A stretch of DNA of 64,000 bases from Raillietiella orientalis (Eukaryota): contig JAYWIR010000005.1 of the NCBI GenBank assembly GCA_036172245.1, positions 4,092,001-4,156,000 of the forward strand, in the 5' to 3' direction. The position numbers were made by a program, and so were the translations under genes. This document shows positions 62,605-64,000 of this stretch, piece after piece; position 1 is the first letter of the stretch, and each line of letters begins with the position of its first letter. The notes beneath the pieces were generated by a model, which was given only the letters and a program-made list of their open reading frames with translations, was not told the origin of the DNA and ran no database searches.

Positions 62605-63577
62605 ACCACTTCGAGCCGGACGCCCCTCCGGAAGCACGGAAAGAAGGCCAAGGTCATCCACGTGTCTCCAGAGAAAACCCTCGTCTACGAAAACGTCCTG
62701 CCCGTGGACGCGCCGGCCGCGTTCCGCGACGCCGAAGGTGTGACGGGCGCGGCCGTCCGGAAGAGCCCCCACGGCCCTGCAGATGGAAGATTGTCCGTCT
62801 GCTCTCCTGCGGAGGGTTCCCCTCCCCCAGGGAGGGTTGATTCACCGGGTCATGGGGACGCGTCAGTGCCCAGCCAGGAGTCTCCCTTCTACGAGACGAT
62901 AGACGAGTGCAATCTGGACTTCCCGGCGGGCAGGGTGTACTTCACCATCGACGAGTTAAACAACAACGAGCCCGTCTACAGGAACACCAAGCCGGTCCCG
63001 GGAGCCGAGGATCCCCTCTACGACGTCCCCCAGTCTACCCCGAGGCGGACTCTCTCTGGTCACCCTTCTTCCGCTGCCATCTACAGCAACGGAGGGGAGC
63101 TGCTGCGCCTCCGGGAACAGCCCTCCCGAAGGAGCTCCCCGGAGCGTCGAGATCCCTCCGAGGCTCCCTCCCCGGAGGGAGAGAAGGCGGCAGAGAGAAG
63201 GGCGATCCCCGACCTTCCCCCGGCTGCGAAAGAAGATGCTGCTGCCACATACGCTGTGGTGAAGAAGAAAGGCAGCCTCGCACGGGAGTCTCCTCCGGTT
63301 CGGACGCAGGGAGACGTCCACGGGTCTTCCGAGGGAGAAACCCAGCTCCTCCGAGGAGGCTTGCCCGAAGGTGGGCGGGAGGTCACTCCCTTGCTTCCCC
63401 GAGGCACTCCCGAAAGGGCGCTCCCGAAGCGCGCCTCCTGCTCGGGGGAGCCGAGGTCCCTCCCCGCCGGGAGCCGGCCCGCTCGAGAAGGCGAAGCGAC
63501 GAAGCAGCAGCAGACGAAATCCAGGAGGAGAAAGGATTCCTGGATCACAACCAGGTGGAAGCACGCAAGGGAGCCAG
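62605..63577 (+). CDS. Large exon of an unidentified signalling adaptor/scaffold-like protein with multiple tyrosine motifs; the gene probably continues beyond the window
   Basis: Follows a long pyrimidine tract (about 62460-62570). Possible acceptors are aacag| (exon start 62594, phase 1) or ctttcag| (62605, phase 0); donor CAG|GTGAGC at 63578. Translation has LVYENV, PFYETI, RVYFTI, EPVYRNT, DPLYDVP, AIYSNG and ATYAVV in acidic/disordered context, unlike neighbouring spurious ORFs. Confidence 0.8.
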
Positions 63578-64000
63578 GTGAGCCGTGGAAAGGGAGGAAA
63601 AGGCAGGGGGGGACACTCTCGAATGTCCCTCTCCCGGGGAAGGAATGCCCTCCTGGTGTGGAGGTCGCGCACCGGTTCCGGTCGCGGAGGGCGAGTGCGG
63701 CGAGCGCGTCCCCGCGGCAATCCCGGCAGGTTTCTGCTTTCCTCAAGAGCGCATTCTGGTTCGCGCCGCAGCCACCAGGCAGCGCCTCGCTCCCCGACTC
63801 CGGCTTCGCGGAGCGTCCGCTCGCTACACGCGTCCTCGCATGGAGGCGCCGGTGGGTTCGGCAGACCTCTCCAGTAAAGGGAAGGAGAGGGGGATCGGTG
63901 CGAGGGAGCAACGGCAGTTCCAAACGCTGCAGAGCATCGCGAACTTTTCATATCCCCGGATCCAGAGTGGCCCCTGGGAAGAACAGACGGTGAAGGGGGA

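Overview
This is animal genomic DNA, not prokaryotic, and most likely arthropod: it has spliceosomal GT-AG introns, microsatellites and an H4 relic beginning MTGRGK. Bases 1-28.3 kb hold most of a Nuclear factor I (NFI/CTF) gene on the + strand. I assembled 12 phase-compatible exons (5208-27668; 1959 nt, 652 aa plus stop) running from the DNA-binding domain to the C-terminus, with a poly(A) signal at 28223. The 5' exons are not in the window. Right after the poly(A) signal the sequence switches abruptly to a very GC/CpG-rich domain (28.3-64 kb) whose many long ORFs look like compositional artefacts. Within it I can support two tRNA-derived SINE-like heads, an AT-rich island (49.5-51 kb) with enhancer-like motifs and a frameshifted histone H4 orphon pseudogene, and exon(s) of an unidentified + strand gene (about 59.9-63.6 kb) encoding a disordered protein rich in phosphotyrosine/SH2-type motifs. 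The best leads are a dense set of possible isoform switches in the NFI 3' half, a nested antisense spliced zinc-finger relic in the first NFI intron seen, an intronic hairpin, an intronic CpG island, and the tyrosine-motif protein. I found no CRISPR array, rRNA or intact transposase/RT, and I cannot claim a demonstrated novel system. All assignments come from reading the sequence by eye; no database search was run.
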